A stretch of 64,000 nt of DNA from an uncultured candidate division Zixibacteria bacterium. GTDB lineage: Bacteria; Zixibacteria; MSB-5A5; GN15; FEB-12. The stretch spans positions 3,776,353 to 3,840,352 of the forward strand of contig OY760907.1 of NCBI GenBank assembly GCA_963664195.1, read 5' to 3'. Shown in pieces: positions 38,642-48,659 of this stretch; position 1 is the first letter of the stretch, and every line of letters begins with the position of its first letter. The notes under the pieces are model-generated. The model did no database searches. It was not told where the DNA came from and saw only the letters and a list, made by a program, of their open reading frames with translations. Made by a program: the position numbers and the translations under genes.

Positions 38642-39931
38642 TCAGTCAACCTTCACTTGTAGAATCGTGAAATCATCCTGACTTTCGATCGGAGCACCCT
38701 CGGCAAAACGGTCAACCCACTCCTTGACCTTGAGGCAGAACTCGCCGGGATCAAGCCCGATCTCTGCGGAGAACACCTGCTCCGCCCGCTCGCGGCCAAA
38801 GAGATTCTCCTGGGCATCCATTGCCTCCGTGAGTCCGTCCGTGAACAGGAAGAGCCGATCTCCTGAGCCAAGGTGACATTCCCCCTCTTTGTATTCCACT
38901 CCGGGGAATTGCCCGAGAATCGGTCCACCATCGGGAAGCTCTTCGATTCGTTTCTCGCGATCTATCCAGAGGAGTCCGGGCATATGGCCGGCATTGCAGA
39001 ACGTTAACTTCCGGGCACTCAAATCGAATTTCGAGAAAAACAGCGTGACGAACATCTCACGGTGCTTGATTATCTGCTCCGACATGAGGTCGTTTATCGT
39101 CTCAGCCAACTTGGAGACGCTGATACTTGGATCTCGCACCAGTGTCGATTTGATCAGCGCCGAACAGGCCGACATAATCATGGCCGCCGGCACTCCCTTA
39201 TTGGAGACATCGCCTATAATTGCCATAAACTGACGATCGTCTATCTTGAGTATTTCGTAGAAGTCACCACCAACTTCACCGGCAGGGAAATACACCGCTC
39301 CTGCCTCAACACCTGCAACAACGTTGATCTCCTGCGGAAGGATCGTCTCCTGAACCTGTTTGGCAATTGCCATTTCCTGGCTGACTTTCAGTTGCTCCAG
39401 TTTCTCCTGCACCAGTTGAGAGTTCTCAACCGCGACGGCAACGAAGTTGAGCAGCCGTCCGAGGATGTCGCAATCTTCATCGGTGAAATTGCTGCCGTCG
39501 AACTTGTTTATAATGATCATCACGCCGAGGCAATGCTCACGTGTCTTGATGGGACAGGCGATGACCGAATCCAGGACGATGCCCTCAGCCGATTTCAACT
39601 CCAAGTCGGCAAGGACAATTGTCTCCTGTCGCTTGTAGCAATACGAGGCGAGGTCCATATCGTCGGCGTACATCATAGTCTTGACAAAATCTTCGCCGAC
39701 GCCCCAGGTAACTTTTGGCTTGAGTTCGTCCCCCTCGGCCACCATGATGAGACCGACCTCTCCATTGACCAATCTGATCGCCGTGTCCATCGTCACCGAC
39801 AACACCGCATCAAGCTCAAGAATGGCCGTGATGATCGTGCCCATAGTGGCAAGATCTTCGAGCTGCGCCTTCTGTGCGGCCAGTTTGGCCTCAAGTTGCT
39901 CGATCGTGGCTGTATTCTCGAAATAGGTCAT
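38642..39931 (-). CDS. GAF + PP2C phosphatase (RsbU/SpoIIE-like)
   Basis: GAF domain; EVGGDFY, GDVSNKG, NAGH, FTDGLTEA, DDFT. Confidence 0.93.
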   Translation of the reverse strand: MTYFENTATIEQLEAKLAAQKAQLEDLATMGTIITAILELDAVLSVTMDTAIRLVNGEVGLIMVAEGDELKPKVTWGVGEDFVKTMMYADDMDLASYCYKRQETIVLADLELKSAEGIVLDSVIACPIKTREHCLGVMIIINKFDGSNFTDEDCDILGRLLNFVAVAVENSQLVQEKLEQLKVSQEMAIAKQVQETILPQEINVVAGVEAGAVYFPAGEVGGDFYEILKIDDRQFMAIIGDVSNKGVPAAMIMSACSALIKSTLVRDPSISVSKLAETINDLMSEQIIKHREMFVTLFFSKFDLSARKLTFCNAGHMPGLLWIDREKRIEELPDGGPILGQFPGVEYKEGECHLGSGDRLFLFTDGLTEAMDAQENLFGRERAEQVFSAEIGLDPGEFCLKVKEWVDRFAEGAPIESQDDFTILQVKVD

Positions 39932-39939
39932 TGTACTGT

Positions 39940-39966
39940 CTATCGACAGTAAACGGATTCATTTGA
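39940..39966 (-). promoter_or_regulatory. Sigma28-type promoter of partner-switch/chemotaxis operon
   Basis: Minus strand TCAA-N15-GTCGATAG, 8 nt before the ATG. Confidence 0.6.
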
Positions 39967-40030
39967 CCTGAGAATAGGCAGAATGCGGCGGAAAATGCCG
40001 CTCAGGTGCAGCGCGGCGTGCAGGCAGGGA

Positions 40031-41341
40031 CTACTTGCGACGGCACTTCAGCCGAATCGGAGAACCCTCGAATCCAAATTCGGCGCGAAGCTGGTTTGCC
40101 AGATATCGCATGTACGTCTTGTCAACCAACTCCGGACGGTTGGCAAAAAACACAAAAGTCGGCGGGGCCACCTCAGTTTGCGTGACGTATTTGAACTGGA
40201 TGAACTTCCCTTTTTTCGCTGGCGGCTTGCGTCGCTCAATCACTTTCTGGAGAAGCTCGTTCAACTTCGAAGTGGTGATCTTCTTGTTGTTTTCCACGTA
40301 GACGCGATCGACAAATGTGAGTACTTTCTGGACCCTCTGCCCGGTCAGGGCGGAGACGTAGATAATCGGGAGAAACGAGTACTTCGCAAGCTGATCGCGA
40401 ATCTCAGTGGTGAACTTGTCAGCGGTCAGACTGTCTTTCTCGATCAAGTCCCACTTGTTGACCGCCAGCACCGCCGCACAACGACTCTCCATCACCTGGG
40501 TCAGCACTCGCTGATCCTGCGAGGTGAACCCGTCGGCAGCGTCGATGAGTATAATCGCCACATCGCAGCTCTCAATCGCCCTCGTGACACGAAGATTCGT
40601 GTAGAATTCGATATTCTCGTTAACCTTGTACTTCCGTCTGAGACCGGCCGTATCGATCAACACGTACTGCTTACTGTTGAACTCAAACGGTGTGTCAACA
40701 GCGTCGCGAGTCGTTCCGGCCATCGACGATACGATGGAACGATTCTCACCGAGCAGATTGTTGATAAACGACGATTTGCCGACATTCGGGCGTCCGACCA
40801 GGGCTACCCGGATCGCTTCCGAATCTCCTTCACCTTCCTCAATCGGTGGTAAGCCATCGACAATCTCATCAAGCAGATCACCAATCCCGAGACCACGGGT
40901 GGCAGAGACCACCTGCGGCTCACCGAGACCGAATCTGACAAAGCTGTAGACATCGGCAGCAATCTGTTCCGTGTCGGCTTTGTTGGCCACGAGAATGCAC
41001 TTCTTGCCTGACTGATGAAGGGTGCGGGCGAGACGTTCCTCATCATGGTCGGGACCAACCTGGGCATCGACAATGAAAAGCACCAGATCGGCCTCATGGA
41101 TGGCGAATTCGGCTTGATCAAGAATCGCCCTCTCTATCTCGTCCTTGCTATGCGGGACCATGCCGCCGGTATCGATCAGATGGAAGTCACGACCGTTCCA
41201 GTCGCAAACAGCATAGTTGCGGTCGCGAGTGACGCCGGAGGTGGGATCCACCACGGCGATCTTCTTGCGTAGGAATCGATTGAATAATGACGACTTCCCG
41301 ACATTCGGGCGTCCGACTATGGCAACTACCGGCAGCTTCAT
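40031..41341 (-). CDS. der: Ribosome biogenesis GTPase Der
   Basis: Two GRPNVGKSS P-loops, GVTRD/GTTRD, C-terminal KH-like domain. Confidence 0.98.
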   Translation of the reverse strand: MKLPVVAIVGRPNVGKSSLFNRFLRKKIAVVDPTSGVTRDRNYAVCDWNGRDFHLIDTGGMVPHSKDEIERAILDQAEFAIHEADLVLFIVDAQVGPDHDEERLARTLHQSGKKCILVANKADTEQIAADVYSFVRFGLGEPQVVSATRGLGIGDLLDEIVDGLPPIEEGEGDSEAIRVALVGRPNVGKSSFINNLLGENRSIVSSMAGTTRDAVDTPFEFNSKQYVLIDTAGLRRKYKVNENIEFYTNLRVTRAIESCDVAIILIDAADGFTSQDQRVLTQVMESRCAAVLAVNKWDLIEKDSLTADKFTTEIRDQLAKYSFLPIIYVSALTGQRVQKVLTFVDRVYVENNKKITTSKLNELLQKVIERRKPPAKKGKFIQFKYVTQTEVAPPTFVFFANRPELVDKTYMRYLANQLRAEFGFEGSPIRLKCRRK

Positions 41342-42624
41342 GAGTACACTTCTCTTATCGTGTCAGCCAGATTGTACTGACCCACTACTACATTCTTACC
41401 AAGTGTCGACCGAAACTGTTCGAGCGACAGGTTATCCAGAAAAAGATCATCATCGTTAAGGCAATTCGGAGGGAGTACAACCGTGTCGATATCTTTCTTG
41501 CGAGAGGAAGCGTGGCGAAGCAAGTCCTGCCCGGTGAGCAAACCGGATACGGTCACGGTCTCGCCCCAGAATCTGTTCGGGACTTTCTCCAGCCTGATAT
41601 CAACTTCCAATTCACTCCAGACATACGGCATAACGTGTTCATTGAGAAACGGATACGCTGACTCACCAGTCAGGAATAGCACCTTACGGTCACTCTTCAA
41701 TCCCTTGAGATGCCGCTTCCTCCGATTGAACCCGGTGATGAACTCGCGGGCCATTCCGATGCCGTTCTCAAACTGCTCCATCGCTTCGTACGTGTGAAGG
41801 GGCGGGAAATCTCGTCCGGCGGCCACATAGAATTCATCCGCGGGCCAGACAAACCGAGTGCCAAGTCGTTTCAAGAGAGCAACTTGTTTGCCTTCGACGA
41901 AATCGATAATCTCCCCGGCCGCGGCGGTTGTGTACGTGCGAAGGTCCGGCAGTTTCTCACGATACTTCGTCAGCCCGACCGGCACCACCGCCAATGTCTG
42001 CACCCCCGGAGACAACGTCGCGAGTTCGTCGATGGTCCGCTCAAGCTGCTCGCCATCGTTAACACCGGGGCAAAGCACCACTTGCGTATGTATCTCTATA
42101 CCGTTGTCAGCCAACTGCTTCAGGCGCGGTACGATCGGATCAAGTCGCTCGTTTTTGAGCATGCAGCGACGCAGCGTGTCGTCGGTGGCGTGGACCGAAA
42201 CATACATCGGCGACAACCGCTGCTCGATAATCCGCGCTATGTCGTCATCGGTCGTATTCGATAGCGTCACGAAATTGCCGTGCGTGAATGACAACCGGTA
42301 GTCCTCGTCCTTGAAATAGAGGCGACGGCGCATCCCCTGCGGCTGCTGATGGACAAAACAAAAGATGCAGTTGTTCTTGCAGAACCTGATCTTCCGGTCG
42401 TCGAGCGTCAGACCGATTTCTTCTGCGGTGGCGTCCTCAAACTCAAACCCGACCTCTTCCCCGTCCGGATCGGCAAACAAGATATCCACCCGATCATCGG
42501 CGATCTTGAATGAGTAATCGATCGCGTCACGGACCTCCTGCCCGTTAATCGACACCAGCGACCAGCCCGGACGGACATACCCATAAAGGGGACTGGCAGG
42601 GTCTATGTCGAGTATTTTCATCAC
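41338..42624 (-). CDS. PDZ-containing Fe-S protein, DUF512 family
   Basis: CKNNCIFCFVHQQP (CxxxCxxC), YFKDEDYRLSF, QFENGIG; start 42624 or 42621 uncertain. Confidence 0.88.
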   Translation of the reverse strand: MMKILDIDPASPLYGYVRPGWSLVSINGQEVRDAIDYSFKIADDRVDILFADPDGEEVGFEFEDATAEEIGLTLDDRKIRFCKNNCIFCFVHQQPQGMRRRLYFKDEDYRLSFTHGNFVTLSNTTDDDIARIIEQRLSPMYVSVHATDDTLRRCMLKNERLDPIVPRLKQLADNGIEIHTQVVLCPGVNDGEQLERTIDELATLSPGVQTLAVVPVGLTKYREKLPDLRTYTTAAAGEIIDFVEGKQVALLKRLGTRFVWPADEFYVAAGRDFPPLHTYEAMEQFENGIGMAREFITGFNRRKRHLKGLKSDRKVLFLTGESAYPFLNEHVMPYVWSELEVDIRLEKVPNRFWGETVTVSGLLTGQDLLRHASSRKKDIDTVVLPPNCLNDDDLFLDNLSLEQFRSTLGKNVVVGQYNLADTIREVYS

Positions 42625-42658
42625 GTCGTCGTTACTCCCAAAAAACGCCACAAAAAAA

Positions 42659-42730
42659 AGCGGGCGAGGAGGCTCGAACTCCCGACGTCAAGCTTGGGAA
42701 GCTTGCATTCTACCACTGAATTACGCCCGC
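42659..42730 (-). tRNA. tRNA-Gly(CCC)
   Basis: GCGGGCGTAATTCAGTGGTAGAA...CAAGC-TTCCCAA-GCTTG...GTTCGAG...CGCCCGCT; CCA not encoded. Confidence 0.95.
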
Positions 42731-42748
42731 GTGAATCTATGTGCTGAG

Positions 42749-42777
42749 AATGTACGCCAGAGGGTCTGATTTGTCAA
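42749..42777 (-). promoter_or_regulatory. Sigma70 promoter of tRNA-Gly
   Basis: TTGACA-N17-TACATT. Confidence 0.8.
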
Positions 42778-42793
42778 CGCAGAAAGAACCCGA

Positions 42794-43528
42794 CTATTTC
42801 TTGGGTGCCACGATCCGGACGACCACAATCGATATCTCATACAATATATATAGAGGGGCAGCCAGAAGGACCTGCGTGAAGACATCCGGCGGCGTAATAA
42901 TCGCCGCCGCAATCAGGATAATAACGAAAGCATACCGTCGGCCCTTTGAAAGCATCGCGGCCGAGATTAACCCCATTTTACCCAGAAAATAGGCAACAAT
43001 GGGCATCTGGAAGCCGAATCCGAAGGCCAGCAGCAGCAGCCCGGCGAAACTGACGTAGCTGCCGATAGTGATGTAGTTCGTGATCATATCATCGGCGAAC
43101 CCGATCAGGAACTGCAAAGCCAGCGGAAGCACGACCACAAAGCAGAAACCGGCCCCGATCAGAAAAAGCACGGTCGAGATGAAGATCAGCGGCAGGACGG
43201 CTGCTTTTTCCCGCTGATACAGGCCGGGCGCGATGAAACACCACATCTGGTAGAAAATCACCGGCAGAGCCGCTACTACTCCGGTTATCAGCGATATTTT
43301 CAGATAGGCGTAGAAGGCTCCGGTCACCTGCATATTATGTAAGGGGACTCCGTGGAGCGGAATCTGGATGGCTCTCATGAGTGGATCGGAGAAATAGAAC
43401 GAGGCACCAGACATGATGACGACAGCCAGGGCGATCTTGATCAGGCGACGACGGAGTTCTTCGAGATGGGCCAGAAAGGGCATCCCGCCTTTGAATAGAT
43501 TCTGAGGCTGATCGCTCGGAGTAGTCAT
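42794..43528 (-). CDS. tatC: Twin-arginine translocase TatC
   Basis: MPFLAHLEELRRRL, FIAPGLY, FQMP, ITPPDV; ORF-track extension to 43666 runs through repeats and is not accepted. Confidence 0.96.
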   Translation of the reverse strand: MTTPSDQPQNLFKGGMPFLAHLEELRRRLIKIALAVVIMSGASFYFSDPLMRAIQIPLHGVPLHNMQVTGAFYAYLKISLITGVVAALPVIFYQMWCFIAPGLYQREKAAVLPLIFISTVLFLIGAGFCFVVVLPLALQFLIGFADDMITNYITIGSYVSFAGLLLLAFGFGFQMPIVAYFLGKMGLISAAMLSKGRRYAFVIILIAAAIITPPDVFTQVLLAAPLYILYEISIVVVRIVAPKK

Positions 43529-43604
43529 AGGAAGGCAAATAAGCCGATTGGCGGTCCGATTGTCAATTTGAAAGTGGGGGGGATATTGACGCGACATTCT
43601 TCGT

Positions 43605-43841
43605 CCCCCCCAAACAAGTTTGAGGGGGCCACCCGGAGCGGGGTACGTCATCTGCTGTTGACCCAAGAAGGGGTGGCCGGCTCAAGCTCGCTTGGGCCGG
43701 ATCAATCAACAACGTGCCAGGCATCTCGTAGGTCAGGCCTGTCTTCAGGCCTGACGAGGAATCAATCAAGTCAGGCTGAGCCTGTCGAAGCCTGCACTAC
43801 TTGATTGATCTCAAGGCAAGGTCCACACTTCGACAAGCTCA
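43605..43841. repeat. Cluster of REP-like palindromes from three families
   Basis: GGGTGG-type at 43605-43634 (minus) and 43671-43700; GTAG-type at 43728-43755; TGAGCCTGTCGAAG / CTTCGACAAGCTCA inverted pair at 43777-43841. Confidence 0.75.
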
Positions 43842-43882
43842 CAGGCTCGCCTGGTTGCGTGACTTATGGATGCCGCCCCCAC

Positions 43883-44332
43883 CTACTCCAACAACTTCTT
43901 CATCTCTTCAAGAAATTCCGCCTTGTCGGCGAATTTGCGATAGACCGAGGCAAACCGAACATACGCAATCTCATCCACACCACGAAGTGTCTTCATTACC
44001 AACTCGCCGATCTCCTGCGAGGGAATTTCGCTCTTGCCGCGGGCGTGAAGTTCCGCCTCGATATCGTCGACCATTGCCGCCATCTCAAACGAGGTCACCG
44101 GCAGTTTGTTGCAGGCGAGTTTGATCCCTTTGAGGAGTTTATTGCGATCGAACGGTTCGCGACGTTCATCCGATTTGAGAATCGTCAGGGTTCCCTGCTC
44201 GACGTATTCAAACGTCGTGAACCGCTTGCTGCACGCGAGGCATTCGCGCCGACGACGAATCGCGCGTCCCTGCTGATGGGGGCGGCTGTCGACGACTTTA
44301 TCTTCTTCGTGTCCGCAGTGTGGGCATCTCAT
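43883..44332 (-). CDS. nrdR: Transcriptional repressor NrdR
   Basis: MRCPHC...VVDSR...IRRRRECLAC..RFTTFE; AYVRFASVY. Confidence 0.98.
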   Translation of the reverse strand: MRCPHCGHEEDKVVDSRPHQQGRAIRRRRECLACSKRFTTFEYVEQGTLTILKSDERREPFDRNKLLKGIKLACNKLPVTSFEMAAMVDDIEAELHARGKSEIPSQEIGELVMKTLRGVDEIAYVRFASVYRKFADKAEFLEEMKKLLE

Positions 44333-44351
44333 GGGTGGTTAGACAGCTATG

Positions 44352-44672
44352 TCAGTCTGACTGCGTTTCGTGGCGGACCCAGGCGACGTATTCAGGCAGA
44401 CCGTCGGCCAAAGGCAATGCAACCACCTCCGGCATGTCGTAAGGATGATGCTCAAGGATGTACTCCACCAGCGGATCGAACTTCGCCTGAGTCGTCTTCA
44501 CCAGCAATAGCGCTTCCTCGTCGTACTGCACGGCGTCGTCCCACCAATAGTAGGCCTCAATCTTGGGAAGGATATTCACGCAGGCGGCCAGACGTTCCTC
44601 GACCAACTTGCGGGCCATCGACTTGGCCTCGTCGCGAGGAATCGAAATGTAAACTATCCTGATAGTTTCCAT
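44352..44672 (-). CDS. cutA: Divalent-cation tolerance protein CutA
   Basis: LVEERLAACVN, YWW, HPYDMPE. Confidence 0.95.
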   Translation of the reverse strand: METIRIVYISIPRDEAKSMARKLVEERLAACVNILPKIEAYYWWDDAVQYDEEALLLVKTTQAKFDPLVEYILEHHPYDMPEVVALPLADGLPEYVAWVRHETQSD

Positions 44673-44986
44673 CATTTGTTGACCTCTCGTTTCAGTCGTT
44701 TTTCGACGGACGCTATCTTACCTGTGATACGTCCGCGGGCACCTTTTCGGTCGTCAATCGTGATATTTATGTAGATGCGGCCGTGCTTCTTGCGAAGCAT
44801 CATCCGCGCCTTGTTAATCACCGTCATAACCTCGTCCCAGTTGCCTTCGATCGTGGTCGACATCGGCCCGAGCTTGTACGGCAACCCGGACTTGTCGATA
44901 ATATCGATTACTTTCGCGACCTCCGAGGAGGAAGATGCGGTCGTGTTCGCCTTGGTCGTCGGAAACATCGTCAACTGAAACAGCAT
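44672..44986 (-). CDS. MTH1187/YkoF-family thiamine-binding protein
   Basis: SGLPYKLGPMSTTIEG.WDEV, IDDRKG, KIASVE. Confidence 0.88.
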   Translation of the reverse strand: MLFQLTMFPTTKANTTASSSSEVAKVIDIIDKSGLPYKLGPMSTTIEGNWDEVMTVINKARMMLRKKHGRIYINITIDDRKGARGRITGKIASVEKRLKREVNK

Positions 44987-45007
44987 GATCTTACCTCTTC
45001 CCTGTTA

Positions 45008-46258
45008 CTACTTCTGGCGCTCGGGATAGAGCGGGAACTTCTTGCAGAATTCCGCGACCTCGTCGGCGATAGCAGCCAGATTGTCGTCTTTGCGACGGTT
45101 CTGAATCGCACGGTCGATGAAGTCGGCGATAACCGGCATTTCATCGACACCCATCCCGCGAGTGGTAATGGCCGGAGTTCCGATACGGACGCCCGAAGTC
45201 ACAAACGGCTTCTCAGGATCGAACGGGATCGTGTTCTTGTTGGCGGTCATACCGGCCTTATCCAGCGCTATCTCGACCTTCTTGCCGGAGACCTTGGGGA
45301 CATCAACAAAGTTCATCAGGAACAGGTGTGTGTCGGTACCACCGGCGACCAGACGATACTCCTTCTCGATCAGCGCCCTCGAAAGAGCCGCCGCATTATC
45401 GATCACGCGCTTCTGGTAGGCCTTAAACTCATCCGTCAGAGCCTCTTTGAAAGCAACAGCCTTGGCGGCGATAACGTGCATTAGCGGACCGCCCTGAATG
45501 CCCGGCATGACAGTGCGATCCAAATCAGCCGCGTATTCTTCCTTGCAGAGGACCATGCCACCGCGCGGACCACGAAGCGTCTTGTGGGTGGTGGTCGTCA
45601 CAAAATCGGCGAACGGAATCGGCGACGGGTGCAGTCCCGCAGCTACCAGACCGGCGATATGCGCAATATCAACCATCATGTACGCGCCGACTTCGTCGCA
45701 GGCCTCGCGAATCTTCTCGAAATCCCAGAAACGTGGGTAGGCCGAGGCACCGGCGACGATCATTTTCGGCTTAACTTCTTTGGCCATCTCGATCAGCTTG
45801 CCGTAATCGATAACTTCGGTTTCCTTGTCCACGGTATATCCGTGGAAATCGTAGAGCGTGCCGGAGAAGTTGATCGGGTGACCGTGAGTGAGGTGACCGC
45901 CGCAGGTGAGATCAAGGCCCATGACCTTGTCGCCCGGTTTCAGAACCGTGAAATAGACGGCCATATTCGCCTGTGAACCGGAGTGCGGCTGGACATTGGC
46001 GTGCTCGCAGCCGAAGATCTGTTTGGCACGGTCACGGGCAAGATCCTCGGCGACATCGACAAACTCACATCCGCCGTAGTACCGCTTGGTCGGGTATCCC
46101 TCGGCGTACTTGTTGGTCATGACACCGCCCTGGGCCTCAAGAACGGCCTCCGAGACAAAGTTCTCCGAGGCGATCAGCTCCAGCTTGGTCGACTGACGGT
46201 TGGTCTCGTTGAAGATGGCATCGTATATTTCGGGATCGATCTGTTTCAAGTAGGACAT
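45008..46258 (-). CDS. glyA: Serine hydroxymethyltransferase
   Basis: [28 protein letters not shown]; start 46258 with GGAGG RBS. Confidence 0.98.
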   Translation of the reverse strand: MSYLKQIDPEIYDAIFNETNRQSTKLELIASENFVSEAVLEAQGGVMTNKYAEGYPTKRYYGGCEFVDVAEDLARDRAKQIFGCEHANVQPHSGSQANMAVYFTVLKPGDKVMGLDLTCGGHLTHGHPINFSGTLYDFHGYTVDKETEVIDYGKLIEMAKEVKPKMIVAGASAYPRFWDFEKIREACDEVGAYMMVDIAHIAGLVAAGLHPSPIPFADFVTTTTHKTLRGPRGGMVLCKEEYAADLDRTVMPGIQGGPLMHVIAAKAVAFKEALTDEFKAYQKRVIDNAAALSRALIEKEYRLVAGGTDTHLFLMNFVDVPKVSGKKVEIALDKAGMTANKNTIPFDPEKPFVTSGVRIGTPAITTRGMGVDEMPVIADFIDRAIQNRRKDDNLAAIADEVAEFCKKFPLYPERQK

Positions 46259-46295
46259 TATAACCTCCACAAATGCATAGCTATGAATCTTGTGG

Positions 46296-46324
46296 AATGT
46301 AGGTAATTTCAACCGGCGGGTCAA
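46296..46324 (-). promoter_or_regulatory. Sigma70 promoter of glyA operon
   Basis: TTGACC-N17-TACATT. Confidence 0.7.
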
Positions 46325-46330
46325 TGAGTA

Positions 46331-46434
46331 GTAGGTCAGGCTCACTTGGAGCCTGACATTTGACCGTCAGCCCCCAAGTGGGTTTGACCCACGACTGACG
46401 ATTCCATGTCGGGCCTCAAGGAGGCCCGACCTAC
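46331..46434. repeat. Inverted pair of GTAG-type REP palindromes (REPIN-like)
   Basis: GTAGGTCAGGCTCacttgGAGCCTGAC and, on minus, GTAGGTCGGGCCTCcttGAGGCCCGAC. Confidence 0.8.
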
Positions 46435-46590
46435 AGTTGATTCGCGGCAAGAGACCACCGCAGGGCAGGTCAACGCCATGAAGGCTGCGCGCACAATCGT
46501 GACACTCACCTTCAACGCGAAGCGGGCTGAACCACTGTGTGATCGGGTTTTTGTTGATTATTTGGCGCCTCTTGCCGTATAAATCACAAT

Positions 46591-47142
46591 ATGGCACGAA
46601 TACAAACACCTGCGCCGGGACGCGTAGTCGTCTCGATCATATATTCCTCGCTGGACGCCCTCGCCGACGCCCTTACCCTGCTCGAAAAGCAGCTCGGACG
46701 GGTGCAGTGCGAGACGATGGAACTGGAGTACGCCCACGGTGCCTACACTGAGGAAATGGGCGAAGGTCTTGAGCGCCGCTTCTATTCATTCGAACAACTG
46801 GTTAACCGGGATCGTCTTCCGGAAGTCAAGGACCTGTGCCACAAAGTCGAACGCCAGTTTGGCGATCTGGTCGATGATTTCACGTTCCGAACGGTCAATA
46901 TCGACCCCGGCATTATGACTGCCGAGAATCTGGTGATGGCCTCCCATCGCGAATACAACCATCGGGTCTACCTCAGGGACGGCGTGTTCGCCGAGTTGAC
47001 TCTCGTTTACGCCCGCGGACGGTTCGTCCGTCTCCCCTGGACGCCGCCTGATTTCTGCGAGGGTGAGGCAATAGAGTTCTTCCTGCGCGTGCGAGAATCG
47101 TTCGAGACTGTGGGCGAGGAGCCGGAACCACGTTTCGGTTGA
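46591..47142 (+). CDS. DUF4416-family protein
   Basis: YTEEMGEGLERRF, RTVNIDPG, HRVYLRDGVFAELTL, LPWT. Confidence 0.8.
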   Translation: MARIQTPAPGRVVVSIIYSSLDALADALTLLEKQLGRVQCETMELEYAHGAYTEEMGEGLERRFYSFEQLVNRDRLPEVKDLCHKVERQFGDLVDDFTFRTVNIDPGIMTAENLVMASHREYNHRVYLRDGVFAELTLVYARGRFVRLPWTPPDFCEGEAIEFFLRVRESFETVGEEPEPRFG

Positions 47143-47190
47143 ATGACGCTTCTTCGCGACTCATATCCCCTTCTGGTTGAGGCTTTTATC

Positions 47191-47219
47191 TTTACCTTTC
47201 CTGAGTTGGGAGTTACAAT
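47191..47219 (+). promoter_or_regulatory. Sigma70 promoter of murA
   Basis: TTTACC-N17-TACAAT. Confidence 0.55.
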
Positions 47220-47281
47220 TATCGTGAACTATACATTAATAGCGGGAACAAACGCCCGAGGCCGATTTACAAAGGATTGAG

Positions 47282-48541
47282 ATGGACAAGTTTGACATTC
47301 AGGGACCGAATGTCCTCAAAGGCCGGGTCAGGGTCGATGGTTCAAAAAACGCCGCCCTGCCTATCATTTGCGGTGCCCTCCTGGTAGACAAAGGTGAAAC
47401 TGTCATCAGGAACGTCCCGCCTCTCAGGGATATCTACACCCTCCGCGAAATGCTGCGCAGTGTCGGCGCTGCGGTTGAATACGACGACAAAAAACAGGTA
47501 ATGACCATCAACGCCGAGGCTCTCGACAAAACCGAAGCTCCCTACGAGTTGATGAAACAGATGCGCGGCTCGTTTCTTGTGCTGGGACCATTGCTGGCCC
47601 GCATGGGCGAGGCTCGGATATCCCTCCCCGGTGGCTGTTCGCTTGGGGCAAGACCGGTGGACTATCATATCAAAGCGTTTGCTGGTCTCGGTGCCACAAT
47701 CAAGCAGGATGCCGGATTTGTCATCGCCAGAGGTAAGCTCAAAGGGACCTCGATCTATTTCGACAAACCGTCGCACACCGGGACCGAGAACCTCCTGTTC
47801 GGGGCTGTTCTGGCCGAAGGCAAGACGATCATCACCAATGCCGCTTGCGATCCTGAGGTTGTCGACGTCGCCAATTTCCTGAACGCTGCGGGAGCAAAAG
47901 TACACGGTGCGGGTACTCCGAATATCACAATCGAGCCGGTCAAACGTCTAAAGGCTGTAGACTACAAAGTCGCGGGTGACCGTATGGTTGCCGGAACGTA
48001 CATGATTGGCGCCGCCATGACCGGCGGAAAAATCGAAATTGTCGGCGTTAACCCGCAAGAATTGACTATGCCGATCCACAAACTGCAGGAAATGGGCTGC
48101 AAGATCGACACCGCGGCCAAGTCGATCACGGTGAAAGGGCCCAAAAGGCTCAAAGCGGTCAATATGACCACTTTCCCCTACCCCGGTTTTCCGACCGATC
48201 TGCAAGCCTGTCTCATGGCCGCCACCTGCATAGCAGAGGGAACATCCCATGTACAGGAGACCGTTTATGTAGATAGATTCTCTCATACGATGGAGTTTCG
48301 CAGACTGGGAGCGGACATCTCGGTATCTGCCGGCGAAGCGGTCATCAACGGAGTAGAACAACTCCAGGGCGCCGAGGTCATGGCGCCGGATATACGCGCA
48401 GGCGCGGGACTTGTTCTGGCCTGTCTCGCCGCTTCCGGACAATCCGGAGTGCAGCGAGTGTATCATCTAGACCGCGCGTATCATCGCTTTGAAGAGCGAT
48501 TATCCTCGCTGGGCGCCGATATAAAGAGGGTGAAGGCTTGA
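47282..48541 (+). CDS. murA: UDP-N-acetylglucosamine 1-carboxyvinyltransferase
   Basis: GSKNAALP, LPGGCSLGARPVD (catalytic Cys present), PGFPTDLQ. Confidence 0.98.
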   Translation: MDKFDIQGPNVLKGRVRVDGSKNAALPIICGALLVDKGETVIRNVPPLRDIYTLREMLRSVGAAVEYDDKKQVMTINAEALDKTEAPYELMKQMRGSFLVLGPLLARMGEARISLPGGCSLGARPVDYHIKAFAGLGATIKQDAGFVIARGKLKGTSIYFDKPSHTGTENLLFGAVLAEGKTIITNAACDPEVVDVANFLNAAGAKVHGAGTPNITIEPVKRLKAVDYKVAGDRMVAGTYMIGAAMTGGKIEIVGVNPQELTMPIHKLQEMGCKIDTAAKSITVKGPKRLKAVNMTTFPYPGFPTDLQACLMAATCIAEGTSHVQETVYVDRFSHTMEFRRLGADISVSAGEAVINGVEQLQGAEVMAPDIRAGAGLVLACLAASGQSGVQRVYHLDRAYHRFEERLSSLGADIKRVKA

Positions 48542-48659
48542 GCCGCTACTGCCTGCAAAGAGGCATTCTGCGACACAAGCAAGACATATCTGAGTGGCGA
48601 CATAAGGCCCTGATCAACCACAGCAGCGCCGTACGCCAACGGAAGGGATGCGACAGAAT

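Noticed and set aside
43529..43666. N-terminal extension of TatC in the ORF track
   Set aside because: Runs through a REP palindrome and a TTGACA promoter element; start at 43528 is more plausible
46259..46345. N-terminal extension of GlyA
   Set aside because: Strong RBS before 46258; the extension overlaps the promoter and a REP
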